From the NCBI GenBank assembly GCA_964016885.1, contig OZ024755.1, positions 22,754,001 to 22,818,000 of the forward strand: a stretch of 64,000 bases of DNA, written 5' to 3'. Position numbers and translations under genes: made by a program. Position 1 is the stretch's first letter. Every line of letters begins with the position of its first letter. The stretch is from Eledone cirrhosa. Taxonomy: Eukaryota. Below, piece by piece: positions 11,201-23,540 of this stretch. Below the pieces are notes generated by a model. The model worked only from the letters and a program-made list of their open reading frames with translations, was not told the origin of the DNA and did not search any database.

Positions 11201-14200
11201 TGATAGATAGCAGATGATAATATGTCAAGAATTTGGCAATTTGTTATGAAATAACTAAAATTTCAATTCAATGATAACCAAAATGAAGGTGTTAAAATCT
11301 ATATGTGCAATTTTTTCAGATATGAATCCACAAATTTAAGCAGGTATTTTGTTTAAAAAGAAGTGAAGTCAAAAAGTTTACCAAGCCAGAGGTTATCCCA
11401 GTTTTATTGGCATTAAGCAACCGAGTGTACAAGATTCACACCTGGGCGTGATGCCATTCCATTACAAACTGCTGTTGGTATTCATTTTTTCAGCTGAGTA
11501 AACTGGAGCAATATGAAATAAAATGTTTTGCTCACAACCAGGGCCGGATTTATCAAGGGGCAGTGGAGGTGAATGCTCTGGGACCTCCTCATCAAACCGC
11601 ACCAGTCCCCTCTCCTAACAGGCCCCCTTCTCTTTTTCTCTCTCTCTCTTCTTGCTTATGTGTATATATATATGTGTGTGTGTATTGTTATATAAGGAGC
11701 CCACCAAATCTGAACTGCCCTCAAGGTCTTAATCTAGTCCAGGTCACAATGTACTGCCTGCTCTGGGTATCAAACCTATGGATTTACGATTGTGAGTTCT
11801 ACACCCTAACCACAAGGCAGGGCACTTTCTTACATTGTCTGTGAGAATAACATGCAAGACTATTAACCACGTCTCTAAAGTCTGTCTGAAGCCATGAGGC
11901 TGTCAAGCTGGTTTTTATCTCAGTTTCATGGAGTAAAGCAACTGGGAGTACATGACTCCCCATTGGACAGGATGCCAGTTCATCGCAAGGTTAAACCCCA
12001 GCTATTGCTGCTGATACTCATTTTCAGCTGAGCATACTGAAGCAATGTGAAATGAAGTGTTTTGTTCAAGAACACAACACACAATCCAGCCCTGGAATCA
12101 AACCCATGACATTATGATCGTAAGTCCAACACCCTTACCACTTGGCCACGCGGCTCCACTACCACAATATCATAAGTTCAAATCTTACAGCCTTTGTGAT
12201 CCTGAACAAGATAAACAACACATTCAGTTTACATTGACTGAACAATAGAAGAAAGTAAAACTATAAATCAGACTTCAGTTCCACTTGTACACCATTCAAT
12301 AGTTAACGAGAGCAATAATATCAAGCTGAAAATCCATTTGTTTCAACAAAGTAAATTGTCCCATTCATGCAAGAATTGTTGAAAAGTAGATGTAAAATAG
12401 TTTCTTTCCCTTTAATAGATTACTTGAGTCAAAAGTAATTATTACTTTTAAAAAAGACATTTTAAACTAGATATCTGTTTCAGGAAATAAACTCAAGCAT
12501 GTTATATTGTAGGCCCCTTTTGGTCACAAATTACCAGGGGTTTACACCTAGAAAGTTCCCCTCTGAGGCACATGTGTAGACCAGCAGTTACTCATGCATA
12601 CCAGTCTCCCTTCTCTACACTACCGATGTTATCTAAGGAAAAGGCCAACGCCAATATAGCTTCGTACCAGTGACTTTGCAACTAATTTTTTCCAACTGAG
12701 TGAAATGGAGCAATGTGAAATAAAGTGTCTTGTTCAAGGACACAAAGCACTGCCTGCTCTGGGAATCTCACAACCTCACGATTGTGAACCCCAAATTCTA
12801 ACCAATAAGCCTTGATTCTTCACAGCAAGTTATATATATTTCTTTTATCTCTTCGTAGGGGATGGGGAGAAGGCTATGCCCAAAACTCATTTCAGGGTCT
12901 CTGTAACTAGAGAGTGTGAGGGAAGGAAGAACATGATCCAAATGCATGTTACAGAGTGGACATTGCTAAAGGGCCTCCAAAGGCAAGGTGCAAGTGTTAA
13001 ACTGGGTGACTATAGTATTGTACAAGATATCACAAAGTGTCTTGTACAAAACTCTAATGATTCTTTCAATCCACCACCCTTGACTGGTACTTTGTTGATC
13101 CTGGAAGGATGAAAGGCAAAATTAACGTCAACAGAATTTAAACTAAGAATGCAAGAAATCAAAATATATACTGCAAAGCATTTTTTCCAAAGCTCTAACA
13201 TCTCTGCCACTCTGTGACCTATTCTGTCAAATCTCAAGATGAAAAACAAAACTCTAAATATCGCTTTCAACTTCAAAATGCTCATTATAGTGGAAAATTG
13301 TTTAAGTAATGAAGGGAAACTAAGCCTTCCAATTATACTATATATACATTTTTTTTAAGACAACATATAAGCCTCCAATAGTTTGGATGCTTGAAAAAGA
13401 AACCATCACACAATTTCATTTCACTTCCTTTTCCTGAAGAGATGCATATGTGGATGAAGTTGAAACACTAACTCATAGAGCAATTAGCCATCATGTTTCA
13501 GTCCACCCAGCTACAGGAATACAAACCAAATTCTTCTCCTGACAGTGTTACCTGTGATAAACTAGCACCTTATTCAATGATAGATTTATCTCACTGTCAA
13601 CACTACATAAACTGGACTTAAGTACTCTATGAATCTTTGGATTTTATGAAAACCTATATTCAGTTATTATAAGGCAACAAATTGGCAGAGTTGTAAGAAT
13701 GTTGGATAGAATACTTTGCAGTATTCCTTCTGGCTCTCTGCTCTCTCAGTTCAAACCCTGTCACAGTTAACTTTGCCCTTCATCCATTCGAGGTCGATAA
13801 AAAAATACTTGTCTAGGACAGGAGTCGGTTTTTTTCCCTCTATAACTCTCTTTCTCACTTCCTTTCTCTGGAAGAAATCTGCCATATTTAGGCCTGGAGG
13901 GGGAATGGGCTCTGCCAGGTTTTAAAATGCCCTAGGAAATGCTGTATGTCAATATGGTGCCCCTATGACTTCCTCGGGAGTTACATGTCCATACCATACC
14001 ATATTCAGTTATTAGACTCAGTAAAAAGATCAATGTTTGTTGCACAATCATGGTTTGAACTTATGACCATGCATCTAGTAGGTCAACATGTTAATTGCAC
14101 AAATTCAGTAACTAGCTGTAATCTGAAGAAAACAAAACAGTTTATACAAATAGTTATATTGACCACATTATATCATGCAACTAAAACATAATTCCCTTAA

Positions 14201-17200
14201 GCTGAAAAAAATGTAAGAAAAAGCATTATTTTTACCTAACAAATTGGAGGAAAAAAATTTTAAATCATTGAATCCTAATGACATTAGGAAAAGTTTTCAA
14301 ATATCACAAACTCCATTTACTGACCCTGTCATAATCAGTTCCAACATGACTTTGAAGGAAATAGATGTAACGAGCTGCATACTCAAATACTGTTGCTTTA
14401 TCAGTTTTATCTGAAAGCCCAGGCACTAGTCGTCTCATTAAATCACAGGCAATGGTGATACGGGCTCTGGAAAAGATGTATAGAGTAGAATTAATTTTCA
14501 ACTCAATTTATAAAGACAAATTTAAAAACAGAAGTCCGAAAATCACATGTAAAGAAATTGTTTATAATTTATATTTATATATTTTTTGGTTGGTGTTAAG
14601 GGCATCCAACTGTAAAATACCAAATTTACAGTCCTCGCCGGAGCAAGGTGCGACACATGGCCAACCCTAGCCAGACTTGCCTCCTGGCGTGGACAACCCG
14701 TCTAACCCATGCAAGCATGGAAAAATTGGACGTTACATGGTGATGATGATATTTTTTTGTATAAGATGTGAGTTTGTACTGCTATTTTAAATAACTACAA
14801 TAATCTTTACATCAAGTGTTCTATAGTTAGATGTCATTTCTAATATTCTGTAAAGTGGAAGTGATAGCTATTTTCAGTTCGATACACAAAGCTGTTTTTA
14901 GTCAAATCTACTCAAGCATATCTATAGCATAGAGGTAACCAGTCTAATCTTGGAAAGTCATATACGTATCTAGGAAAAGTACACCAACCTCCAGTGCAGG
15001 TCTGAGACAAATGGTGGGATGGATAAAATGTAGCAATTTGGGCATATTATATAATAGTGAAGTATGACAATTTAGGCATATTTCATCCAATTTGCTGTCC
15101 AATATATTTTAATTAATCTGGATATTCAAGAGATGGTAATAGTGAAAGAAACAATCAATGTAGACTTAGTCAATATACCAAAGATTTGATACTGTAGAAT
15201 ATATAACTGGTTATTGGCAACCTAGTAGAGTGTTTGGGTGGAGAGGATATTGATATGTGCTTATTTTAAAGGTGTATGACAATGTTCATACAATGATAGA
15301 ATGCATGCAGTATATTCTTGGCAATCAACCAGATACAATATAAGAGAGAGGATTCTTCACATGGCAACCTCTCAAGTGTTAGTGCCATGATAAAGTGCAT
15401 TGAGTACACTCTGTAAAGTGGAAGTGCTGGTGCCATGATAAAATGTGGCCATTACTCTGTAGTGATACTGTTGAGATCACAATAAAACACACCCAGTAAG
15501 TGGTTAATGTAGAAGCCATGGCAAATACGAAATATATGGGGAAGATAAGGTTTCTTTGACCTGTCTAATTTTTGACACTGATAACCTGTCCAACCTATAC
15601 CAGCATGGAAGGCAGAGGTAAAATGATGATAATGTAGGTTTTGTGTGAGTACAGATCACATGAATGGGACAGAATGGATCTTGTAATAAAGTTCTGGTAT
15701 GTTGTTGTTTGGTCCAGATCAAACCTGAGATTGAATAGACCTCTGATCACAGTTCATGACCATCCTGTCTTTTTCTTGGGGATTGTGTAAGGACTTACAT
15801 TATCCAATGTGTCTCCTCCTTTTCAAACCATTATGGAGTAATTTGACAGTTATTTCCAGAAGAAACTTCCATCTGATAGGTTGTGAATATGAGGTTAATT
15901 CACAATCACTTTCAAAACTGGCCTTGAAATTAATCAAAGCAAGTCAGTATTTTATTCTATAACGATTACTAAAACCATTCAATCATTTTGTGAAATAATT
16001 TTTTTAAAAATTAAACAATAACCTTCTCTTCCTTTCATTCAAATTGTGCTGATGTCTGGAAGGATCATCCTCTTTGGCATTTGTTTGGTCTGTTTTGTTA
16101 TAAGACACCATATTATCTTCAGCATTATTTGTGCTTTTGAAAGAGGTCACTGAGCTGGACAAATTTTCTGGTGGACTGCTGTTCTCTTCCCCGCTGCTAT
16201 TCAAATTCAAACCGTTTGATGGTGTTTTCAGCTTCAATGGTAAATAACTATATTAGCTCAAATTAAATGTACTTCAAGCTCTTGGAAATTCAATGTAAAA
16301 TACTGTTTTCTTAAATCACATTTTACTTCGTATGATTATTTTTGTATATCTTTATCTACTTACATTGGTATATTATAAAGAAAAAGAAAATAACACCAAG
16401 AAATTAAGGATATAATGAAAAAATATAAAGCAAGCACCAACTCGTGTTTTTTTCCTCTATACTTAGTTTTAAATCTTCAATTAAATTTATCATTTTATTG
16501 GCTGTCTTAGGATAAATTTTCATGAAGTCGATTGGTTTTTAAAGACAGTTGGGACAAAGGTTACTTCTAAATTCTTATCATTTATACTAAATTAGTCAGT
16601 TGTAAAATGAGTGTAGGACTTCATTTTGTAGAATAAGGAACGTAATGTCTTAATTGTAGTTGTTGAAATAATATAACGTCATTTATGTACTTCACTGAAT
16701 TAAAATACGAGCCAACCTGATTTTATTATAATAAATTTGATTTAACTTCAAAGATAAATATATGAGAACATTTCTAGCGTAGGACAGGATACATTTTTTT
16801 TTTTTTTAATTGAGGTCAATATAAGAATAAAGAAAAAGCTTCTGATACCTGTAATGGCAATCCATTGTTTAACATGTTGTGGCAATAAATCACATGACTA
16901 GCTTTGGGTATTGGAGTATGGACTATTTGGTTTCCAGACTGAGACACTTTAAGTGGTTCAAGGTGGTGTGGAGATTGCGTGACTAATATGATATTATTGT
17001 CCGATTGTTGACCATAAATTGAAGAAAATGTCTCTTGACCACCGGTGTGATGATCAACTGGTGCAACAATTCCCTGCATACCATTTAAAATACCAAGAGG
17101 GCTGCTTAAAAATGCAATAAAGAAACTCCAATAAAGAAAAAAACATAAAACAAAATTTAATGACAAAGATATAACGTTATAAACTACAAATGGAATATTT

Positions 17201-18655
17201 ATTTGTTCACTATTAAAGATTGTTAAAGATCGAGGGATTAACTATTAAAGATCGAGATTAACTATTAAAGATTGTTAAATATCGAGGGATTAACTATTAA
17301 AGATTGTTAAAGATCGAGATTAACTATTAAAGATTGTTAAATATCGAGGGATTCAAAATAGTGTGTATTCTGCTTTGATTACATTGCTCATATATATAAA
17401 CAATAACATTACATTTTAGAATAAAAAATAGCTAACCCAATTCTAAGTGATCCAATGTTCTAAATGCGTCGCTCTAATTCATATTAAAATATACACACAT
17501 ATACACATCAACTAGATCGAATAAAAAAACTTTAAATAATTAGAATTAATAAAAAGCAAATATAATAATGATAATGATCATTATCACCAACGATATAATA
17601 TCTTACTTTTCTTTTTGTAAGCTATCGAGTTTAGAAGCCGGTAATAGATGTGAGACCGATGTGTGATCTCTTCTGTGGATGGGTCTATAACCACAATTAG
17701 AGGAAGAGAGAGGCACAAAAGCAGAAGCTGAAGAGGTTGTAGTAGATGCTGTCTCCGTATTACTCAGTCTCATTGTATTTAACAGATGGTCAGGAACATC
17801 ACTGGAAACTTGACAAGGCAACAAGCTAATGTTCAAACCACCCTGAGGAATCTTGCTACTGTTTCCAACAAGACTGTTACTTTGGTTGACACTTTTGCTG
17901 ACATTCAATCCGAGTTCTGTTGGGTTAGAAGTCTGCTCTGACTGGTCGAAGGAGATAAGTGGAATAGTTGTCCCTGGGTGAACAATTTCTGATTTGTTTG
18001 GGCTTGAAATGAGTTTCGGTAACTTAGAAGTTGTGTCTGCAGAAATGTGACTGTTATTGGTACTATTGTTCTTGCTTGAGGTGGAACAAGGAATTAAAGT
18101 TGACACCTCAGACATGGCGTCGTTGCAGAGATTCTGTCTGACAGCAGCTGTGTTACGTGCCACGCCCGAGGAAACTTTCCCAGAAATATCGGTCACTCCA
18201 TCGACCTCAACCGCTGAGTTTGAACAGATGTTTATTTTTTCGTTGTCGACAGTTGTGATATTGTTATAGCAGGATGTTACGTTACTAGCCATGGTGCAAA
18301 CGGTTGAGGCAATGCTTCCACTCTGTACCATATCCATAGCTGTGGAACAACTGCGAGAAATATGGCAACTGTTATCTAAATTCTGTGAGTTCCAGTGGAT
18401 TATGGTGTTAAACTGACGATCTGTCGAAGAATCCAAGTCTTTGGGTTCTTTTTTGAGTATTTTACAAGGCGTTAAGCCATCACTAACAGTCGCAGAATTA
18501 ACTACAGTCCGTCCATAGTTAACGTTGGTGTCTTGATTTTCTATTAATTTCTCTTCTGTTGAATTTCGATCATTTTCTGAAATGTCTAACGGACATATCG
18601 AATCTTGTATGTTTGGAATTTCAGTGTTATTACTTATTTCTAGATATTTCTCCAT
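7326..18655 (-). CDS. TCFL5: TCFL5-like bHLH transcription factor (5 coding exons, about 561 aa)
   Basis: Exons 17607-18655, 16849-17104, 16023-16231, 14325-14466, 7326-7355 join in phase. C-terminal bHLH HQHNLNERKRRARITIACDLMRRLVPGLSDKTDKATVFEYAARYIYFLQ resembles TCFL5 (TDKAT motif); orthology not tested. Confidence 0.75.
8830..9241 (+). mobile_element. 3' end/UTR of the RTE LINE family seen at 360-1550
   Basis: Similar to 1110-1550, ends in (GAT)n; other copies 8380-8780 (+), 5235-5480 (-), 59231-59500 (-), 29404-29555 (-). Confidence 0.8.
10450..10860 (+). mobile_element. Decayed RTE LINE RT fragment
   Basis: AIKRMKAG*APTPDNIPLELFTYGG...DLHKAFDRVS. Confidence 0.65.
11539..11742. mobile_element. 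hAT-type MITE inserted in a SINE
   Basis: Ends cagggccggatt / aatctagtccag; imperfect 8-bp TSD ctcacaac/gtcacaat. Confidence 0.6.
14325..14466 (-). CDS. TCFL5-like coding exon 4 (helix-loop-helix)
   Basis: ARITIACDLMRRLVPGLSDKTDKATVFEYAARYIYFLQSHVGTDYDR. Confidence 0.9.
16023..16231 (-). CDS. TCFL5-like coding exon 3 (bHLH basic region)
   Basis: LKTPSNGL...RHQHNLNERKR. Confidence 0.85.
16849..17104 (-). CDS. TCFL5-like coding exon 2
   Basis: SPLGILNGMQGIVAPV...NNGLPLQ; tandem acceptor AAG/CAG. Confidence 0.85.
17200..17352. repeat. Minisatellite of about 30-32 bp (aactattaaagattgttaaagatcgagggatt)
   Basis: About 5 imperfect tandem units in an intron of the bHLH gene. Confidence 0.85.
17607..18655 (-). 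CDS. TCFL5-like coding exon 1 (Ser/Thr/Asn-rich, likely disordered)
   Basis: Long ORF MEKYLEISNN...LDSLQKE; donor GTAAGA, phase 2. Confidence 0.85.
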
Positions 18656-19034
18656 TTTTCTACTTTCACTAGGCAAAACAACAACAGCTGGGTTAAAAAA
18701 CAAAACACTTCACCTCGAAATGAGGTTAAAATGAATGTTTAATAAACCCTCTAAACCAAAACAGTTGAATTTTGGTGGTTTTGTGGTTGCGTTCTCTAAC
18801 TTCAAATACAACTCACCCTTTCTCCCCCCTCTTCTTCTTCTCATGTAACGTTTCCAAAATATTTAAAACTCTCCTTTCAATATATTACCAGTTTTGAACC
18901 ACCCCCCTTTCACAAATGATATTTTCTTTCCTTCTTTAAGGCGACAATTTAAGTTAGAAATCTCGTAAATGGTTTACTAAGATCAAATAAATATGAGTAC
19001 CAAGAAGCTAGCGTTTAACAAAATTCTATATATA

Positions 19035-19069
<35 letters not shown>

Positions 19070-19179
19070 TTGTATGTATGCTTATATGAAAAACCTCCAA
19101 CCCAACTGTTTCAATATCATTGTTCCAGTGCAGTAAGTAGCAAGTGATGAGAATGTGTCAATGGCAAAATGCAAGAACG

Positions 19180-19295
19180 AAGAGAACGCGCACCGCTGCG
19201 CGTTGTTGCCTTTCAAACGGTGGCGCGTCGTGATGTCATTGATGATGTCATTGACGGAAACGGCCGACACGATTAGTTCAATCGACGTCAAATTC
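19180..19295 (-). promoter_or_regulatory. Putative promoter of the bHLH gene
   Basis: CpG-rich patch; minus strand GACGCGCC-ACCG-TTTGAAA (E2F/CDE-like plus CHR, overlapping MYB core); TGATGTCA x2, TGACG and CGACGTCA (CRE-like). Confidence 0.55.
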
Positions 19296-20084
19296 TGTCG
19301 GTATTAAAAAAAAACAACAACAACTTTAATAAGGGTTTTAGGTTTAGACACAAGGCCAACAATTTTGGGAAAGGGGATTAAATCTACACTAGTGCGTTGC
19401 TGGTACTTTATAAGGATGAAAGGCAAAGCTAACTTCAACGGGATTTGAACTCAGAACGTAAAGGGATGTAACTAAATGCCGCAAAGTAATTGTTCTTTAA
19501 AAAGTGCTCTCAGGATTATTATAGTGTCGATATGTTTGGCCCTCGGCCAGTCTTTATAAAAAGAAGCCTATGATCAAAGGCGTTCCATAATGGTAAAAAG
19601 TATTTCTTAAAATCGTTGATTTTAGGGAGATTTGGCTGCTATTTCTAGCAACAAATTAAGGGCTCCCTTGTAATGTTACTATGCTATTTAACCCAAGATT
19701 CTTGATCGAACCGACCTATGATTAAGAAACATTGCAGCTGCAAATTTCTGGTCTCTTTTAGGATTTCTAGTGCTGCATTTTTCAGTGTCATTTTTATTTA
19801 TATATTTAATCAAATTAAAATGTCCACATATAGCTAGTAAGACATAGCAGGTGTCTAGTACCCCTTACATTTAAAAAACAAAAACAAGATAGACAGAGAG
19901 GTAAAAACAAACAAGCAAAAGAATACAAAGAAAAAATGAAAAACAAAACCTGTAAAGCAGCTAAAAGTCTGTTGTTGATTTTTTGTAGCCTCCATATACA
20001 CAAAGATCTTGTTAATAGTTGGTAGATCTTTAACAATATATTGTATCTCCAATCATGGTATAACTGGGAAGTCTCCACAAGAAC

Positions 20085-20650
20085 ATGGTGATGGTCCACT
20101 GCAACCTGTTCGTAATAAAATTTAGTTCAACGGTATGGCCAGGCAACTGGGTTTGATGCCGAGTGCTACATGACTAGAAGGAAAATCAGTGCATGCTACA
20201 TGTAAATGGAGTTCCACTGAAGCAGGTAGAGAAGTTTGGGTATCTAGAGGCCTTGTACACGAGTGATGGAAAGCAGGAGGCTCAATTAAGTATAAGAATT
20301 GCAGGAGCTGGTGCAGTAATGCATCAGCTTCAGTATTCAGTAATCAGAAGGGAAGTAGGCATAAAAGCTAAACTTGCTATCTTCAATTCAGTATTCATAC
20401 CAACCCTTACCAATGGTCATGAATCTTGGGTAATGACCAAAAGAATACAATTGCAAATACAAGCGGCCAAAATGGGTATTCCTCCAAAGGGTCTTTGGAG
20501 TAATGTTACTCAATAGAGTGCGTAGCTCGGAGATCAGAGTCGCTCAAGGTCTCACTTGGGGATCCAGCTGCTTCTGACATGACCCGCTGGAAGGAATGTT
20601 TGAGGACTCTGCCCCCACGACCCTCTCGGGAATATGTGGGCGAAGAAGGT
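20085..20650 (+). mobile_element. Decayed RTE LINE 3' fragment
   Basis: LKQVEKFGYL...[16 protein letters not shown]; related copies at 49410-49960 (-), 33655-33866 and 50440-50670. Confidence 0.8.
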
Positions 20651-20689
20651 ATGACCAGTTCAAAGCCAGCACTCTTTTTTCTTTTATGA

Positions 20690-21001
20690 GGCACATGGCT
20701 TCGTGGTTAGAGCATTGGCCTTGCAATCGAAAGGTTGAGTTCAATTCTCAGACCGGGTGATGTGTTGTTTCCTTGAGCAAGACACTTTATTTCACATTGC
20801 TCCAGTTTACTCAGCTGTAGAAATGAGATGATAGGGACTGTGGTCCATATCATTCCACTGCAAAAAAGCACCCAGCACTCACTGTAAATGAGGTTGGTGT
20901 TAGGAAGGGCATCCAGCTGTAGAAATCAAGCCAGAATCAGTTCCCGTCCCACCCTTGCAAGCAGGGAAAAAGCGGACGTAAAATGAAATGAATGATGATG
21001 A
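20690..21001 (+). mobile_element. tRNA-derived SINE with CORE-like body and RTE-derived tail
   Basis: A box tggcttcgtgg, B-box-like gagttcaattc, ccttgagcaagacactt body, tail shared with the RTE 3' UTR. Confidence 0.85.
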
Positions 21002-22144
21002 TATGCTTGATTTAAAAGAAGTTTGGTTGCAATTTGAACAGATGAATTAAGTGTAAAGCTCCTTCATTAGTTTAGTGTAAAATTTAAAAAGGCTCTGTTC
21101 AGTGTAATGCAAAACACATTGTTTCGAAGGTAGTGTTCACTACATGGTGTGTTTATGTTGGAATGAACGACAGCATATGTTTGGGGTAAAACAGAGGTGC
21201 CAGTTTCCCTCTAATAATTTTCTAGGCAAGCCAACACTCACAGCATTGCCATAGGTGATAATGAAACTAAGGAGCATCACTTGACACATCAGTAAGGCAA
21301 GCCATCAACAATGATAAGAACATCATTGTCAGCAGTCCAGCTCTCACAGGCTGAATAAAATAATTTGCTCATAATTTCTGGTATTTTAGAATTTTATTCT
21401 GTTCCGCAATAAATGTAGTGACCCTCCCCTTTGCCACAGCATCAGGAATGCTGGAATGTGGGAAGAAACAAAGGGGGTCATTAACCGATGTGCCCCTAAT
21501 GAAATCTACTAAGGCTAAGAGCATCAGGTCTTTTCCCATCAACCCTGGACAATCTATCATGCTTGAGGGGATAAGGACAAAACCCACCTGATTATTAAGT
21601 TCAGCTTGGCATGATGAACGAAATAGGTGCAAGCAGAATTATTTTACTGTTCAATCTTGTGCAAGCAAAATCAACTTTTACATACAACATTCAGTACATT
21701 ACTGCGTAAATCATTCATACCATTGTCGCTCCATTCAGCTATGCTGTGTCCATTGAGAACAATAAAGAAAAATTCATAATCATCTTTGTTTTAATATCTA
21801 CTTTCCATGCTAGCAAGGGTTGGACAAGTCTACGTAGACCAAGTCAATACCAAAGCGAGACTACTGATCTCCCAGACAAGCCAGGGATCTGTATCATGCT
21901 TACACGTTCTCAATCTATCCAGTAGTAAAGATACTACAAAAATTTGAATTAACAAACCTATTTTTAGATATCTTCTGTTAAATCATTACTCTGTGTTTAG
22001 AATTAAAATAAGAAAGAGGTAAGGTGTGATTTAATCGTGATTTGGGTTCCACATCAAGCAGTTCAAGCAATGTTAAATAGTGTGGAGGGTTATGCTAAGT
22101 ATTATGTGATGGCTAACATGGCTGTGGTAGAATACACATCTGGA

Positions 22145-22519
22145 GGCACATGGCTTAGTAGTTAGAGCATTGCAATCGAAAGGTTGTGAGTTCAATTCTC
22201 AGACCGAGTGATGTGTTGTTTACTTGAGCAAGACACTTTATTTCACATTGCTCCAGTCCACTCAGCTGTAGAAATGAGATGATAGGGACTGGGGTCCTTA
22301 TCATTCCACTGCAAAGTGGTCGTGGAGGTGCCACGGCAAAAAAGCACCCAGCCCACACTGAAAAGTGGACGTGTAGGTGGCATGGAAAAAAGCACCCAGC
22401 ACTCACTGTAAATGAGGTTGGTGTTAGGAAGGGCATCCAGCTGTAGAAACCAAGCCAGAATCAGTTCCCGTCCCACCCTTGCAAGCAGGGAAAAGCGGAC
22501 GTAAAATGAAATGATGATG
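22145..22519 (+). mobile_element. tRNA-derived SINE (same family)
   Basis: Near-identical to 20690-21001 and 61327-61671. Confidence 0.85.
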
Positions 22520-23189
22520 GTGTTAGATAGGAAGGTAGTGGTTAGAGTGTTGGGTTTATAATGATTGTAAGTAGTTAGGGTATTGGGTTTCTGATGCAGC
22601 CTAGTGGTTAGAATGCTGGGTTTATGATGTAGCCTAGTGGTTAAGTATTGAGTTCATGGGTGTAAAACACAGTGCATTGTATCTTTGAACAAAACATCTA
22701 ATTCCAAGTTGTTCACTCAGCTGAAAAAATGTGTACCCGAGTTAACCTTGTGATGGATTGGTATTTTGTCCCATCTAAAAGAAGGTCTTGTGTCCTCAGT
22801 CATTTAATACTTCATGAAACTGGGATAAACTCTGGTTTGAAGAGCTGCTAGGCTTGAGACAGACTTTTAAATGATTACAAGTCACAAGTTGAAAGCTAAC
22901 CACTAAAACCAATAAACAAATACCAAAGTCCACAGAGAAAATATGTGGTAGTCTACACTGGCAAAGAACCATTCAATAAAGAATCCCATATTCCCTACTG
23001 TATACCAACTTAGAAAATCCATTGCATGGTGAGTCCCTAAACAAAATATATAAACCTCTGCTTGCTCTACTTGATCAGATTTTATGAAAAACAAGTTCCC
23101 AACCTACCTCACAGAAAGGACAATCCAGTTGTAAAAAGCAAATTACTCCAACAAATACATCAACCACCCCCATGTGAAAAAAAAATGGA

Positions 23190-23223
<34 letters not shown>

Positions 23224-23444
23224 TATTTGATATTTATTTTAATTAACAAAAAAATAAAAACAGCAATTAATGAGGATGATGCTGTTTTCCACTAAGGTTT
23301 TTTATGTACATGTGGTAACATCAATGTTATGTTGAGGATGTGGAATTTGGAAGCAACAATCGAATCCTTCCTGCAACTCACGATATTTCTCTTTTTTAAA
23401 TTTTGTACAATGTAAAATGATTTTTTAACAGGATAGTCAGTGGT

Positions 23445-23540
23445 TCAACTCTGGACTGTACATTGGTTGTTGACAAACTTAGTTAGTTCCATCACTTTAC
23501 GCTCGTATGTATTTATGCTGTTCATTAACAGGTCGTACAA
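23445..23540 (-). CDS. NUP160: NUP160 terminal coding exon
   Basis: [31 protein letters not shown]-stop (TGA). Confidence 0.88.
   Translation of the reverse strand: MYDLLMNSINTYERKVMELTKFVNNQCTVQS

Noticed and set aside
17200-17352. Repeat array of about 32 bp
   Set aside because: Plain minisatellite with no spacers.
23193-23221. A-tract near the NUP160 3' end
   Set aside because: Wrong strand for an NUP160 poly(A); it follows a repeat-tail remnant.
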